A stretch of DNA of 64,000 nucleotides from Octopus sinensis (GCF_006345805.1 NC_043002.1:92628001-92692000), one strand, 5' to 3'; positions 37,995-50,861 are shown, numbered from the stretch's first letter. The notes: generated from the sequence alone by a model not told the origin. Numbers and translations: made by a program.

Positions 37995-38758
37995 TTGATT
38001 TCAAATTTTGACACAAGACAAGCAATTTCGAGGGAGGGGTAAGTCGATTACATCGATCCCAGTACTCAAATGGTACTTATTTAATCGACCCCGTGAGGAT
38101 GAAGGCAAAGTCGACATTGGCGGAATTTGAACTCAGAACGTAGCGGCAGACGAAATACCTATTTCATTACTTCCCACAAGGGGCTAAACACAGAGAGGAC
38201 AAACAAGGACAGACAAACGGATTAAGTCGATTATATCGACCCCAGTGCGTAACAGGTACTTATTTAATCGATCCCGAAAGGATGAAAGCCAAAGTCGACC
38301 TCGGTGGAATTTGAACTCAGAATGTAGCGGCAGACGAAATATCTATTTCTTTACTGCCCACAATGGGCTAAACACAGAGAGGACAAACAAGGATAGACAA
38401 ACGGATTAAGTCGATTATATGGACTCCAGTGCGTAACTGGTACTTATTTTATCGACCCCGAAAGGATGAAAGGCAAAGTCGACCTCGGCGGAATTTGAAC
38501 TCAGAACGTAACGGCAAACGAAATACCTATTTCTTTACTACCCACAAGGGGCTAAACACAGAGGGGACAAACAAGGACAGACAAAGGGATTAAGTCGATT
38601 ATATCGACCCCAGTGCGTAACTAGTACTTATTTAATCGACCCCGAAAGGATGAAAGGCAAAGTCGACCTCGGCGGAATTTGAACTCAGAACGTAACGGCA
38701 GACGAAATACCGCTAAGCATTTCGCCCGGCGCGCTAACGTTTCTGCCACCTCGCCGCC
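37995..38758 (-). mobile_element. Type C SINE multimer: one head and four core copies at ~183-bp period
   Basis: Three internal C1 tails re-enter at GGTATTTCGT; terminal unit ends in the C2 tail. Confidence 0.92.
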
Positions 38759-39399
38759 TACACAGAATAAAAAATATTAAAGATGCGGGGAAAGGTTTTC
38801 AATGGACAGGTTTGAAATTACGTCGATGTCGATCAAAATGGATTTGAAATATATTTCAACTGTGTTTGCATTTCCTGTTTCATTACGTCATCGCGCCGAA
38901 CACGAATTGCTAATATTATTAAAGTAACTGTCGAACGCGGAAAGCGGGTACATCCACCCAGAATTTTATTAACGATAACTGCGGAAAACGGTTTTACACC
39001 ACGGTTTTGAAAACGTTTCTCTTAATTCTGCGAGAAGCGGAGGAACCCCCCCCCCCCCAAGTGATGCGTTTACAAAAGATATTTTTTTCATATGTTCTTA
39101 ATTTTCCCACACATTTCAGCAAATCTCTCTTTACAGAGCAAGAATCAAATACATTTAGTGGTGGATATGAAGACCGTACTTACAGGAGATACTGAAGTTG
39201 TATTGCCGAAGGAGAAAATTTCGATTCTACTTTTTGTTGGAAAAGTGCCATGAAATTTAATTACGCAGTTAAAGGGTTTAAAGCCTACATTTTTAACAGC
39301 GTCTACTCTCATTCACAGTAGTCATAGCACATACATCATAGCACATTTCCTCAAAAATCATGGTAGTATCACCAGAAAAATATATAATATAAATTTGAG

Positions 39400-40620
39400 A
39401 AACCAGAAGAGAATTCTTAAATTGCCTTTAAACAGGATTTAAAAGATGTCAATGAGAAAGCACGTCATCAGAGGCTGTTGACCAAAACAAAACTATTTAA
39501 GTGGAAAACTACACGATAGGAAAACACTAGGAAGAAACTAAAGTGTTGGTTAATGATTCAAATAGCTTTTTATTGACGGCATCTTATCAACTTTTACCAG
39601 CAAATCCTCTGTGGAGAAATCAATAAGGCAAGTAGACTGACATTGGTGGGAATAACATTAATACTGAAACATTAATACTGAAACCTATTCATATGATGAA
39701 CTATCAGCCAATTACACGCCAGAATTTATTGTATATAGCAGATCTAAACCCATTCTATCAGGAACATTGCAATGTCAACAATATCATTACAGATGAACAA
39801 GCTGCAGAAAAGAAAGGAATTTCAGGATCTATTAAGCAACTGCTGATCAACAAAATTGTGCTGTCAGAGGTGTGATAACATAGAAGGAATTTGGTTATGA
39901 TCTGGTTGGGTTACAAGAAAACATTTAATTCTGCGTCCCACATGTGGATTCATGAAGCTCAATATCTAGCAAAGAATTCGGATCTTTTCGGTTTGAACGG
40001 CAGTTTTTTCTAGCTGTGTCATATGAAATTGTCACCCATAATTATGACCCTAGTATCGATCTATTGCATTTCAATCTATTTTAGGGTTAGGGTTAGAGTT
40101 GGGGTTAGTTAGGGTTAGGGTTGGAGTAAGGGTTAGGCTTAGGGGTGGGGGGAAGGGTATCTTTTTTTTCTTCACAAATGTAAATAAACCTAATCTGTTT
40201 CTTAAACGAGAGACACATTCATACGGCACAGAATGTTGTTTACCTCAATGGACGTCAGTGATTGGTTGAAATTGCAGAATTTGAAGGAAAAAAACACAAA
40301 TATCTTACAAACTATAGAATTTTCTCAATTCAAGAGAAAAAGTGTTTATAAACATTCTACCAGTATACGAAGTTTAAAATTTTTTAGTTACCTAGAAATT
40401 ATGTTAAAAACTGCCGTTCAAACCGACAAGATCCAAGAATTCTACGGATAGCTAGGAATTGATGAGCATTTATCTTATAATGGTGCTTGTAATAAGGAAC
40501 GTATAACCAAAGAATATATTATCGCAGAATGAATAAAATTTGCTAGTCGGAGCACCGTCTGTACCTGAAATTAATACCTCTCAATGTTTGTAGAACCAGT
40601 GCCGATTAATTATAAAATTT
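39400..40620 (+). pseudogene. Degenerate R4/Dong-type reverse transcriptase, internally deleted, with a MITE insertion
   Basis: NYQPIT..EHCNVNNIITDEQAA..QLLINK..RRNLVMIWLGYKKTFNSASHMWI (consensus W.DYKKAFDSVPH.WI); after the MITE, YG*LGIDEHLSYNG..NKERITKEY. Confidence 0.8.
39980..40434. mobile_element. GGATC-TIR MITE with 8-bp TSD
   Basis: TSD AAGAATTC at 39972-39979 and 40435-40442; TTAGGG-rich tract about 40080-40155. Confidence 0.95.
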
Positions 40621-41093
40621 CGGTTAAATTCGAGATCCGATTGCAGATGCAACAAGTTTTCATAACTGTCAACATTTTAAGTGAGAAACACATGTGCGGC
40701 GCGAGAGCTACTTTTTTTTAAATGTCTGAAATGTTTAAACTTGCAAAAAAACTTTAAAGGATGGTCAGACAACCAAAGACATTAAGAAACTTTTTCTCCT
40801 ATGAGAATTTACAGACACATGTAAGCACACTAGCATATACACACAGTGTGTGTTGTGTGTGCGCGCGTGTGTATGTGTGTGTGTGTGTGTGTGTGTTAAA
40901 GCTTTCCACCTATTTTCTATCAAATCTCCGGCGAGTTAACTTAAGATCCCCTGACAACAAATGTAACCTTCAATTAACTAAGGTATCTTCAACCTGATGA
41001 GTAGCTAGTGGAGTACTCCTAGTTGAGTAATTATTATTTCCGAGGTTCTGCTATCTAGGAATCCATTAACTCAATTTGAATTATATATATGAG

Positions 41094-41143
<50 letters not shown>

Positions 41144-41199
41144 AACTCTCTTGCTTTAAAAACCTTGATTCGACTACCTCTCAACTTCTGTTCTTTCAA

Positions 41200-41408
41200 C
41201 ATGTGATCTCTTGAGCACCACCAGCTCAAATATTTTTTCCTCTGTCTTCCTTCTTGGGATCTTCCTTCTCCTTGTTTCCGACGAAGAGCTCCGCTCGAAA
41301 CGTTAAAACCTCCTTCCTTCTTTCCTGCGCGTCAATAATACTTAATTGTTCCACGTCCTGCTGTTGCTGTGTTTTTTCTCTTTTTTTCTGTGTTTTCTGT
41401 TTGGATTA

Positions 41409-41452
<44 letters not shown>

Positions 41453-42280
41453 TAAACAGTAAAAATAATTACAGACATGGACAAGACATGAAACACCACA
41501 AGAACCACAGACGGGACATTCGAAGCCCTCAGTCATCAGTCAAGAACCACATCATCTTAGCAATTTCGGCTGATTAATCTTGATTGCTCGATGGCCAGCC
41601 CGCCAAGGGAAATCTAAGCCAGCACATTAGATCCTGGAAGAAAGCTTCGAATGTATACAACACGAGGACGGAAAACGAACGAAGTACACGAACAAAAAAT
41701 ACAGAATACGTGACACCATAAGAATACAAAACGTAAAAACAATAACGGTAAAAATAAAATAAACAACAAACAAAACCAGGACGTAGGACAAGGGTCTTTC
41801 GACAGGACGAGTTGAGTATGTGGGGCTGGCTTGTAAGTTGTGCCTAATGGCCGCAGGGAGACGAACAATACGTGTTGCTTCGGCCGCTGCTGGAACGAAA
41901 GAGCGCTCAACAGCGGCTAGCGTCACGTGAGAACAAAAGACAGGAGAAAGGGACAGATAAAAGAGAGAGAAGGTAGACGGGGAGGAGAAGAAAGAGACAG
42001 ATCGAGGGGGCTAGGTGAGAGAGATAGAGAAACGTAGAAAGGGGGGGGGGAGACGGATGGAGATGGAAAGAAAGGAAGGGGAATAAGGAGAAGATGAGAG
42101 AGAGAAAGAGACAGATTAAGAGTCGTACAATGCTAGAGAAAAAATATACTTATCGTATAAGGACAATTGTGGATACGTAGCCGCGATTATATAGGTAACA
42201 GTAAAAATAATCCAGAATGGACACGAACATGAAACACCACAGAGACGACACAAGAACCACAGGACGGGACATTCGAAGCT
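41200..42280. mobile_element. Two Penelope-type fragments converging on one (TA)n: family a plus (to 41411) and family b minus (41450-42280, with ~90-bp direct repeat)
   Basis: GTTTGGATTAAC(TA)n then (TA)nGGTAAACAGTAAAAA; 42190-42280 repeats 41450-41535. Confidence 0.65.
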
Positions 42281-42289
42281 ATATATATA

Positions 42290-42339
<50 letters not shown>

Positions 42340-42401
42340 TAACTCAAAATTTGATAGAAATGGTGAAAGCTTTAACACACACACACACACTCACACACAA
42401 A

Positions 42402-42444
<43 letters not shown>

Positions 42445-42494
42445 ACAAAATCTAATTTTTTCCCGGTAAGTTTGGATATACTCCCTAATATTAT

Positions 42495-42560
<66 letters not shown>

Positions 42561-42734
42561 GGTGTGTATGTAGTATATGTATGTATGTATGTATGCATGT
42601 ATGTATGTATGTATGTATGTAGTATATATATATATTATATAATATATATATAATATAAACGTTTTTGCAATATATTCTTGTTACAGTTACTATATGGAGT
42701 TGCAATACGAAGAACGGTTTTGCTTAATTATAAT

Positions 42735-43245
42735 CTATTATTGGGAAAGACTCAAGAGGTTGAGACTCTATTCCTAAGAGCGCAGGCGAGAAAGATATGC
42801 CATAATATACATCTGGAAGATCCTAGAAGGAGTTGTCCCAAACTTTGGCATCGAGAGTTACACAAATGCCAGAACTGCATAGTGCCAAGGACTCCAAATT
42901 TGCTATCAAGATGTAGGACAGGATACTGTGATAGCCTGGGCTTCGAGAGGCCCACAGTCTTCAATATCCTCCCGAAGAACCTAAAGACTTGCATGGGGTG
43001 GATGCAGATGTCTTTAAAATGAAACTGGACCTCTTCTTGTCAGGGTGCCCAGATGAAACCAACTTCACGGCAGGAGGTGCAAATGAGGGCAGCTGCATCG
43101 AACTCTCTCATGCACCAGATGGCATTTGCTAAAAAGATTTCCTGAAGTAAAATCATGTAGCAACACCAAATGACGGTGCCCCAGCATGCCCACAGCTTGT
43201 GAGCTGAAACTAAATAACATAAAATAAATAAATAAAAAATATTAA
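42735..43245 (+). pseudogene. CR1/L2-group LINE 3' end
   Basis: YWERLKRLRLYS*ERRRERYAIIYIWKILEGVVPNF..FKMKLDLFLS..RAAASNSLMHQ (frameshifted), then 3' UTR ACGGTGCCCCAGCATG..CTGAAAC and A-rich tail. Confidence 0.85.
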
Positions 43246-44174
43246 TTATATAAGGAAAAAAAAATCTTTGCAAAAACATAACACGGACCTTCTAGAAAAG
43301 AAGTTTCCGTATTGTAAGAAGCACTTTCACTTTTGTATTGTAAAAATGTAAGAGGTTTAGTGCCTCACAAATGTTTTTCTTTTCTTTTTTTTAACTGTGT
43401 AAGAAGTTTATTGCCTCGAGTATGAAACTTAAAAAGCACAATGTTTTCGGGTAAACAGCAATTGGTGGGCTTTGCTTGTTGCCCTCATTTTTCACCATTT
43501 CATTTGTCATTCATATCATTATGTGTGTGTCCAGCCCGTAGCTTTCTTTTCTATGTAAGGCCTTTATGGCCAATGTAATAAATAAAAAAAAACACTTTCA
43601 CTGTTTACAGCCACGTGATGCATTACTTACACTATTGGATGGCTGCTGGCTGTTTTGAGTTCCTTAACACTTTGACAGGTTTTATTATTTATCCCTCAAG
43701 TTGTCCACAAACCTCGCTTTTGACCAAACAAAGTTATTAGGATTGTCTGTTCAGTCGTCGACATCCCGAACATGCACAGATTGTTGTGGCTTTTATAGTT
43801 ACCAACAGCAGATCCCTCACTGACATATTTCGCTTGACAAAACTGTCACATACAAATGCACACATACATACTGATATGCATATGCATTAACCACACACAC
43901 ACACATATATATCATTTTGTGCATGTGTACATCTATAATATATATACACATGTATATTTTTTAAATATATGCTTTATAAATATATGTGAATAGGCGCAGG
44001 CGTGGCTGGGTGATAAGAAGCTTGCTTCTCAAGCATTTGGTTCCAGCCTCAGTGCCATTGCGTTGCACATTTGGCAGGTGTCTTCTACTATAGCCTCGGC
44101 CGACAAAAGACTTGTGAGTGGATTTGGTAGACGGAAACCGAAAGAAGCCCGTCGTATATATGTATCGCCATGTT

Positions 44175-44372
44175 GATTCGCTAGCCTCTGCACGCATTTT
44201 TTTCTCTCCTTGTTTCTCTCCGTGTTTCTTTTCTGTGTATCTTTCTGTTGAAGAGCGTAGGCTCGAAACGTAAAAGACTTGTTTTATTTATATTCCTGAG
44301 CGCCATACTAATACAATTGTTTGTTTGTATTCCACCTGCCTTCGTCTTTTGTTTATTTTCATAAAGCTTCCC
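44175..44372 (+). mobile_element. Penelope-type terminus with a variant minimal hammerhead
   Basis: TCTTT CTGTTGA A GAGC GTAG GCTC GAAA CGTA AAAGA at 44240-44277; ends at (TA)n. Confidence 0.7.
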
Positions 44373-44544
44373 TTATATATATATATATATATATATATGA
44401 ATATGTTTGTGTCTGCATCCCCACCATCGCTTGACAACTGATGTTGGCATGTTTACATCCCTGTAACCTAGCATTTATAAAAAGAATAAAAACTACAGTA
44501 ATGTGGAACGTACAAAATATTTATATATATTGCCCATGCTCAAA

Positions 44545-44639
<95 letters not shown>

Positions 44640-46606
44640 ATATATATATATATTATATATAATATATATATTATATTATATTGCCCATGCTCAAACGATT
44701 CTAACAATACTGGACGCTTAGCCTTCATGCATTACTGGTACTTGAATGCGAAGTTGAATGTGATGTCACACTCTTAATATGTGCCCTCTTGTTTTTCATA
44801 CGATGCTCTCCGCCACTACAACATGTGACAACAGGTACACTGCAACGAGAGAGTGTCTATCTCATTCTAATTGTACTAGAATTAGTTGCCAAATCTTCCC
44901 ATATGCTGTTTAAAGGAGATAGACACATTGAATAATGTAGTCTCAGATACGTAATACCCGACAACAATGATGAGACGTTTGTAAGGCCTTTTACCACAGT
45001 TTTATCTCAGTCGTAGCTGACCAATGGTTGAAAAACAACATGACAAAATAAAATTCTTTTACTTAAATCAGAGACAACATACTTAATATATTGTGACCCC
45101 TAACTAAAGACCCACTCCACGCACGTAACAAGTTAATCAATTAAAATTATAGTTGTAATGCAAATAAATATTAGTGTTAATGATAACTGTTGTCAATAAA
45201 TGGGATGGAAGCAATCCCGAAATGCAAATTAATTAAAAATTAAGCATTAATGTGTAAAGGGGAGTATGTGTGATTTTCAGTAATTAGGGGGAAACAATTC
45301 CAGACATACTTCAGTCTTTACTTGATCTCCTCAGTGAAGTTTAGAATGGCTGAAACAATATATAAGTTTCGAATAGGCGAGAGATACCTTTTATGTGGCA
45401 ACATTAGATTCTATATTATTGATTTTATATTTCATTGAGTCGGGGGAGAAGTTAAGGGAAAGATGAAGGATAAACCGGTGGACACCAATGTGAGCCGACC
45501 TCAGCAGGCGTAATAAAATGAAACCACAAAACATTAAATCTGATATTCCGCAGTTTGTATTATTCAACACTCAGTACCGGGCCATGGATCATTTAGTACC
45601 GGGCCACACTGAGAGAATAAATTTTAAAACTTTGTCTATTCTATTGACTATTGCCGTCTGCAGGATGCTTTTGTACTATATATGTAATGATTTAATTATA
45701 TTTTATGCATTTTATAGTGTTTCTTTATGTGCGAGATCCCCCGGTTTGTGGGAAAATTTTCTTGCATGAAACTGATCCGTGGAGCAAACGAAGATTAAAG
45801 ACCCCTGTTGTATGGAATGGGAACAAAAAGCAGTCAATAAGCAAACTTCTACGTGGTCATCAGCCTGCAAAGAAAAGCAGCCGAATCTCCCTCGAATTAC
45901 GCTCCATGCTCTTAGAAAGGAATGATATGTTATATAAATTTTATGTATGGAAAGTAAAAATGCTAGTATAAACCTCATAGGTAATTCTGAAAGGAAAAGC
46001 CATGGTTATAATTGAAACATCTTCTATCAGGATTGGCCGTGGATTAAACAATAACCATAAAAAACAAAATTTAAGAAGCCTGTTTTACAAAGTAGATTTT
46101 TGAAAAAAGGCATTTTAAATTAACTAGAGGTTCATAAGCCAAAATGTTTATTAACTAAAGGTTATTAAAGTAGAGATTAATCTCTGGGGTGGTTTATAAA
46201 CTCGGGAGTCGCACAGTAGAGGTGAACACACTAAAACTTCACAAACTGAAAGTTCCCATACTGGAAATAGACACACTGAAATTGTTACGATTCCAGGTCA
46301 TCAAGAAATATTGGTCTCAAATTTTGGCACAAAACCAGCAATTTCTGTGGGGAGGTCAGTCTATTATATCGACCCCAGAGTTCGACTGATACTTATTTTA
46401 TCGATTTCAAACAGATAAAAGGCTAAGTCGACCTTGGCGAAATTTGATCTCAGAACGTAAAGACTGACGAAATTCCACTATCATTTTGTCCAGCATGCTA
46501 ACGACTTTGCCAGCTTGCCGCATTCAGGGCATCACCAGACAATAATTCAATTAAAACCAAATGACAACAATTTTGTCTTTTTCTTCAACATTACAATTGG
46601 TTTTGC

Positions 46607-46785
46607 CAGTGGAGTATCTAGAGTGTGTGCTACCCGGGACAGCCCTTGAGTGTGTCACTTTCTCTCGAGCCCCCAAGCTCTCTAAGCCTATACGGGCTTA
46701 TACAACAGACCCAGAAGTGCTGCCCACATAAAATTATCGCCCGGAGCGGATCGCATCCTCGTCTCCGCCTCTAGCTACGCTACTG
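46607..46785. mobile_element. Small MITE with CAGTGG.GTA.CTAGA-type TIRs
   Basis: CAGTGGAGTATCTAGA vs TCTAGCTACGCTACTG are imperfect inverted repeats; TSD not clear. Confidence 0.5.
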
Positions 46786-46815
46786 TGTTTTAACAGCGTT
46801 CGTCTCTCTTCACAG

Positions 46816-46900
46816 CTGTTTAACCCTAGGTCGTCTCTGATTGAGCATATATATAATCAAAATACATTCCAGTTGCAACCACCCTATCGCTCCTTTCCAG
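46816..46900 (+). other. Candidate 85-nt (cryptic) exon
   Basis: Acceptor TTCGTCTCTCTTCACAG and donor CAG/GTAAGT; one frame open (LFNPRSSLIEHIYNQNTFQLQPPYRSFP); no homology recognised. Confidence 0.25.
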
Positions 46901-46999
46901 GTAAGTGTAGTTCGAATAGAAATTTTTGTTTCTTTAAGACGACGGAGTGTCCATTTCGAGGAGATTAGGCTACTATTTCCTGCTGGAATTTACAGATCG

Positions 47000-47200
47000 A
47001 TGACGTAAACGCAACCACCTATCCCTTCTCTAGTTGTCTCTCTTTCTTCGATGCTGTTGTTAAACGTCGTCGCTTCATATCTCTTCAACTATTGAGGCAT
47101 ATTTGGAGCGAAAAGCAAGTTTCCTCATTGCATCCATTCCGGTGTCGGTCGACGTCACAGATGTTGTGACGTATTCAGACGTGTTGTGACGTCATCTACC
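47000..47200. promoter_or_regulatory. CRE (TGACGTCA) motif cluster
   Basis: Full CRE 47187-47194; near-CREs TGACGTAA 47001, CGACGTCA 47150, TGACGTAT 47167; CpG-rich non-repeat context. Confidence 0.4.
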
Positions 47201-47396
47201 GTCTGCTCCACCGATCAGGTAGGAGTGACTTGCTCTTGGAACCTTTCACACTGACCTCTACTCAATGGCCCTAAAAATAGTTATCTTCAAGACAGCAGAG
47301 CTCGCAAGTTTTCAGACATATCATTATTATGCTATGTTTGGAAGAATTAATGAGAGACAAAAAAAGGAAGAGAGAAAGTACATGGTTGCGCGCGCG

Positions 47397-47428
<32 letters not shown>

Positions 47429-47857
47429 CGGAGGTGGAGGGTTCTGTATATAAGTGTGCGTTGTGCGTGTGTCTGTGTGTATGAATGAGATACGGACAGA
47501 TATACAAACAGATTGAATGACTGGCGGAATAAGAGAACAGAGGAGTAAATGAGAATATTAGAGCGCTTGCCAGTATATGTGTGTATGTGGGAAAGTAAAC
47601 ATCTGTAAAACGTAAGAATATAAGTCACACATATTTATCAGCATATGGATAAGAACATGAGAGTACGCTTCTATCTACGAATACGTGCGTGCATGCGTGT
47701 GTATGTGTGTGTGGGGGTGCTTGTGTGGGTATGTGTGTTCTTGTGCGATATAATGATAGATATTTGTAAAAACGTGTTAACGCGAAAAAGACAAAAGAAA
47801 ACTAAGAGTAATGGGAAATATGAAATGGAGAGCTTCTGGTCAACATCCATCATTCTA

Positions 47858-47927
<70 letters not shown>

Positions 47928-48041
47928 ACATCTATCCCATCTTCTATCTATCTATCTATCTCTCTCCCTCTCCCTCTCTCCTCTCCTCTCCTCTCTCCCT
48001 CTCTGTCTCTCTATCTCTCTCTCTCTCTACCTCTATCTCTC

Positions 48042-48086
<45 letters not shown>

Positions 48087-48290
48087 CTTTTACTCTTTTA
48101 CTTGTTTCAGTCAATTGACTGTGGCCATGCTGGGGCACCGCCTTTATTCGAGCAAATCGACCCAAGACTTATTCTTAGTAAGCCTAGTACTTATTCTATC
48201 GGTCTCTTTTGCCGAACCGCTAAAAATGGGGACACAAACACATCGGTTGTCAAGCGATTGTTGGGGGTGGGCACATACACAGAAACATAT

Positions 48291-48369
<79 letters not shown>

Positions 48370-48659
48370 TACGACGGTTTTCTTTCAGTTTCTGTCTACT
48401 AAATCCACTCACAAGGCTTTGGTTGGCCCGAGGCTATAGTAGAAGACACTTGCCCAAGGTGCCTCGCAGTGGGACTGAACCCGGAGCCATGTGGTTTGTA
48501 AGCAAGCTACTTACCACACAGTCACTCCTACGCCTATATAAGATGAATGCTAACAACACCTAGGTTTCCCAAGCGATCGCCCATATAAATAGTAAGTAGG
48601 CTCGATGTTGCTTAACTTCGGTGATCGGACGAGAACCGGTGCTTTCAATGTGACATGGC

Positions 48660-48711
<52 letters not shown>

Positions 48712-49299
48712 GTGTGTATAGTTGAAATTTACAGAAAAATAAAAGACGAAGACAGGTGCATAAACAACAAGCAGGTGTATTAGTTCAACGCTCTTCAACA
48801 GAAAGGAACACGATGGCATAAACAAAGAGAGAATAAAAAATATTTTGGAGTTAGTAGACGATCATGGCGACTTATTGGACAAAGGTAGTTGGACAGGAGA
48901 GCTAGGAAGAAGGGGAGATAATAAAGTACTGGTGATCCCAAAATAAGGTGCGCGTGCGTGTGTATGTGAGAGTGTGAAAGTGTGTGCGTGTGGATAGCAG
49001 TTGGTGACTTTGACGTGTGGATGTGTGCGTGTGCGCGTCTGTAATGTGTGGGTGTGTGGATGATGGTGTGGGTGTTTGGATGATGGTGTGGGTGCTAGGA
49101 AGTGGTCAATGCTAGTGTGTGCGCAGTGGTGTGGGGGTAGTGTGATGTGGTGTGGTGGTATGTGGTGTGGTGGTGTGTGGTGTGGTGTGCCGATGTTGGG
49201 GTGTGAGGGTGGGTACGGATTTGAGGTGAGAATGTGAGGGTAGAGGTGGGTTAAGTGGAGCGGAATGTATGAGAGTGGGGGTGATGGAGATGGTATTAA

Positions 49300-49516
49300 A
49301 TAAGGCAGCGAGCTGGCAGAAACGTTAGCACGCCGGGCGAAATGCTTAGCGGCATTTCGTCTGCCGTTACGTTCTGAGTTCAAATTCCGCCGAGGTCGAC
49401 TTTACCTTTCATCCTTTCGGGACCGATAAATTAAGTACCAGTTACGCACTGGGGTCGATATAATCGACCTTGTTTGTCCTCTCTGTGTTTAGCCCCTTGT
49501 GGGTAGTAAAGAAATA
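49300..49516 (+). mobile_element. Type C SINE nested in the PLE 3' UTR
   Basis: GGTATTAA at 49292-49299 and 49517-49524 flanks it. Confidence 0.85.
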
Positions 49517-49566
49517 GGTATTAATGAAGGGAGAAGGTGGGTAGGAGCGAAGAGATGAAGTAAGTG

Positions 49567-50825
49567 TCAGATGAAGAGGGGAGGTGAGTTGAGCCCATAT
49601 GGCGCAAAGGAGCGAAGAGAGAAGATTACTATCAGTTCACGGCGAAGGTGGGAGTCCGGATGGCCCCTATACAAAGACAATCCGAACACAGACAGGTGTT
49701 GTAATAAATGACCGAGAGCGGAAATGGCGCGAGACCGAGGTGTATTGTCGAGTCTAATGTCTCGTAGGTGCTCTGCGAATCGGTCATCCAAGCGGCGTCC
49801 CGTTTGACCGATGTACAGAGGACAGAAAGAGCAGGAGATGCAGTAAATGACGTTGCTAGAAGTGCAGGTAAAGGAGTCAGTGATATGATAGGGACGATGA
49901 TGGGTGCCTGTAAGAATGGTGGTGTTGGAAGTTAGGGGAAAGTGCGGCAGCGTGGGCGGGAGTAGGGGAACGGGCCAGGTTCGGAAGTGAGGTTAGGGAA
50001 GAAACTGTGAACCAGGAGGTTACGTAGGTTGTGGGCTCATTTAAAGGAGAGAGGGTAGGTTGGGGAATATATGCTAAGAGGATGGGTTGGACTGGTGTCG
50101 CCGGAAGGCTCGGAGAATGGTGCATTGGACGAGCAAGTTGAAGGGGTGGTAGGTGAGGGGAAATGAGAAACGGGAAACTGCAGGGCGGGTGCTAAGAGAA
50201 AGAGCAGAGGCATGCTCCACGGAAGTGCTCTGGCAAGGGCGGTGTGGATAGTGGTGAAGGGATATCCACGAAGGATGAAGTGACGAGCCATAAGTTGAGA
50301 CTGAGTCTCAAAGTCATGGTTCTCACTGCAGAGCCTGCGTAGACGGAGGAATTGACAGTAGGGGATGGAGAGCTTGGTGTGGGTAGGATGGGAGGAGGAG
50401 AAATTGAGGTATGAGTGTGAGTCGGTGTGTTTGTAGTGGATTGAGGTAGTGAGAACAGAGTTGTGTATGCTGACCGAAATATCGAGAAAGACGACGGACG
50501 TATTGGAAATGGTGCAGGTGAATTTGAGCGCAGGATAGAAGGATTGGACAAAAGAGTGAGTGTCGCACTGATACAGTCATCAATTTTAACCCCATAGTTC
50601 GCGAGTGGGACCAGTGAACCTTGAAAATATTTGGGCTTCAACGTAGCCAACGAACAGGTTCGCATAGTTTGGACCCATTCTCGTTCCCATGGCCATTTCC
50701 GAGTACTGTTGGTAAAACTCCCCGCGAACGAGAAGCAGTTGAGGAAGAGAATATGTTCGCCAGACGAAGTGTGGACGTGTCAGGTTGGGTGTTGTGTCGA
50801 AGGCCTGGGACGTGTTTAACGGCAA
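49567..50825 (-). pseudogene. PLE reverse transcriptase plus GIY-YIG endonuclease, frameshifted
   Basis: AMGTRMGPNYANLF.GYVE; ..IDDC (YIDD motif, frameshifted); TDSHSYL.FSSSHP; QFLRLRRLCS; TSSNVIYCISC..LYIGQTGRRLDDRFAEHLRD. Confidence 0.92.
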
Positions 50826-50861
50826 GAATATTTATATGTGTATGTGGGAAAGTAAACGTAG

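Larger units (their letters stand above)
48718..50825 (-). mobile_element. 5'-truncated Penelope-like element (PLE) with 3' UTR and terminus ending in microsatellite
   Basis: RT and GIY-YIG remnants; its terminal segment GAAATTTACAGAAAAATAAAAGACGAA matches 52508-52700; interrupted by a type C SINE. Confidence 0.88.

Noticed and set aside
45580-45810. hAT/Charlie-like end
   Set aside because: Only the right end resembles recalled consensus; no TIR pair or TSD found
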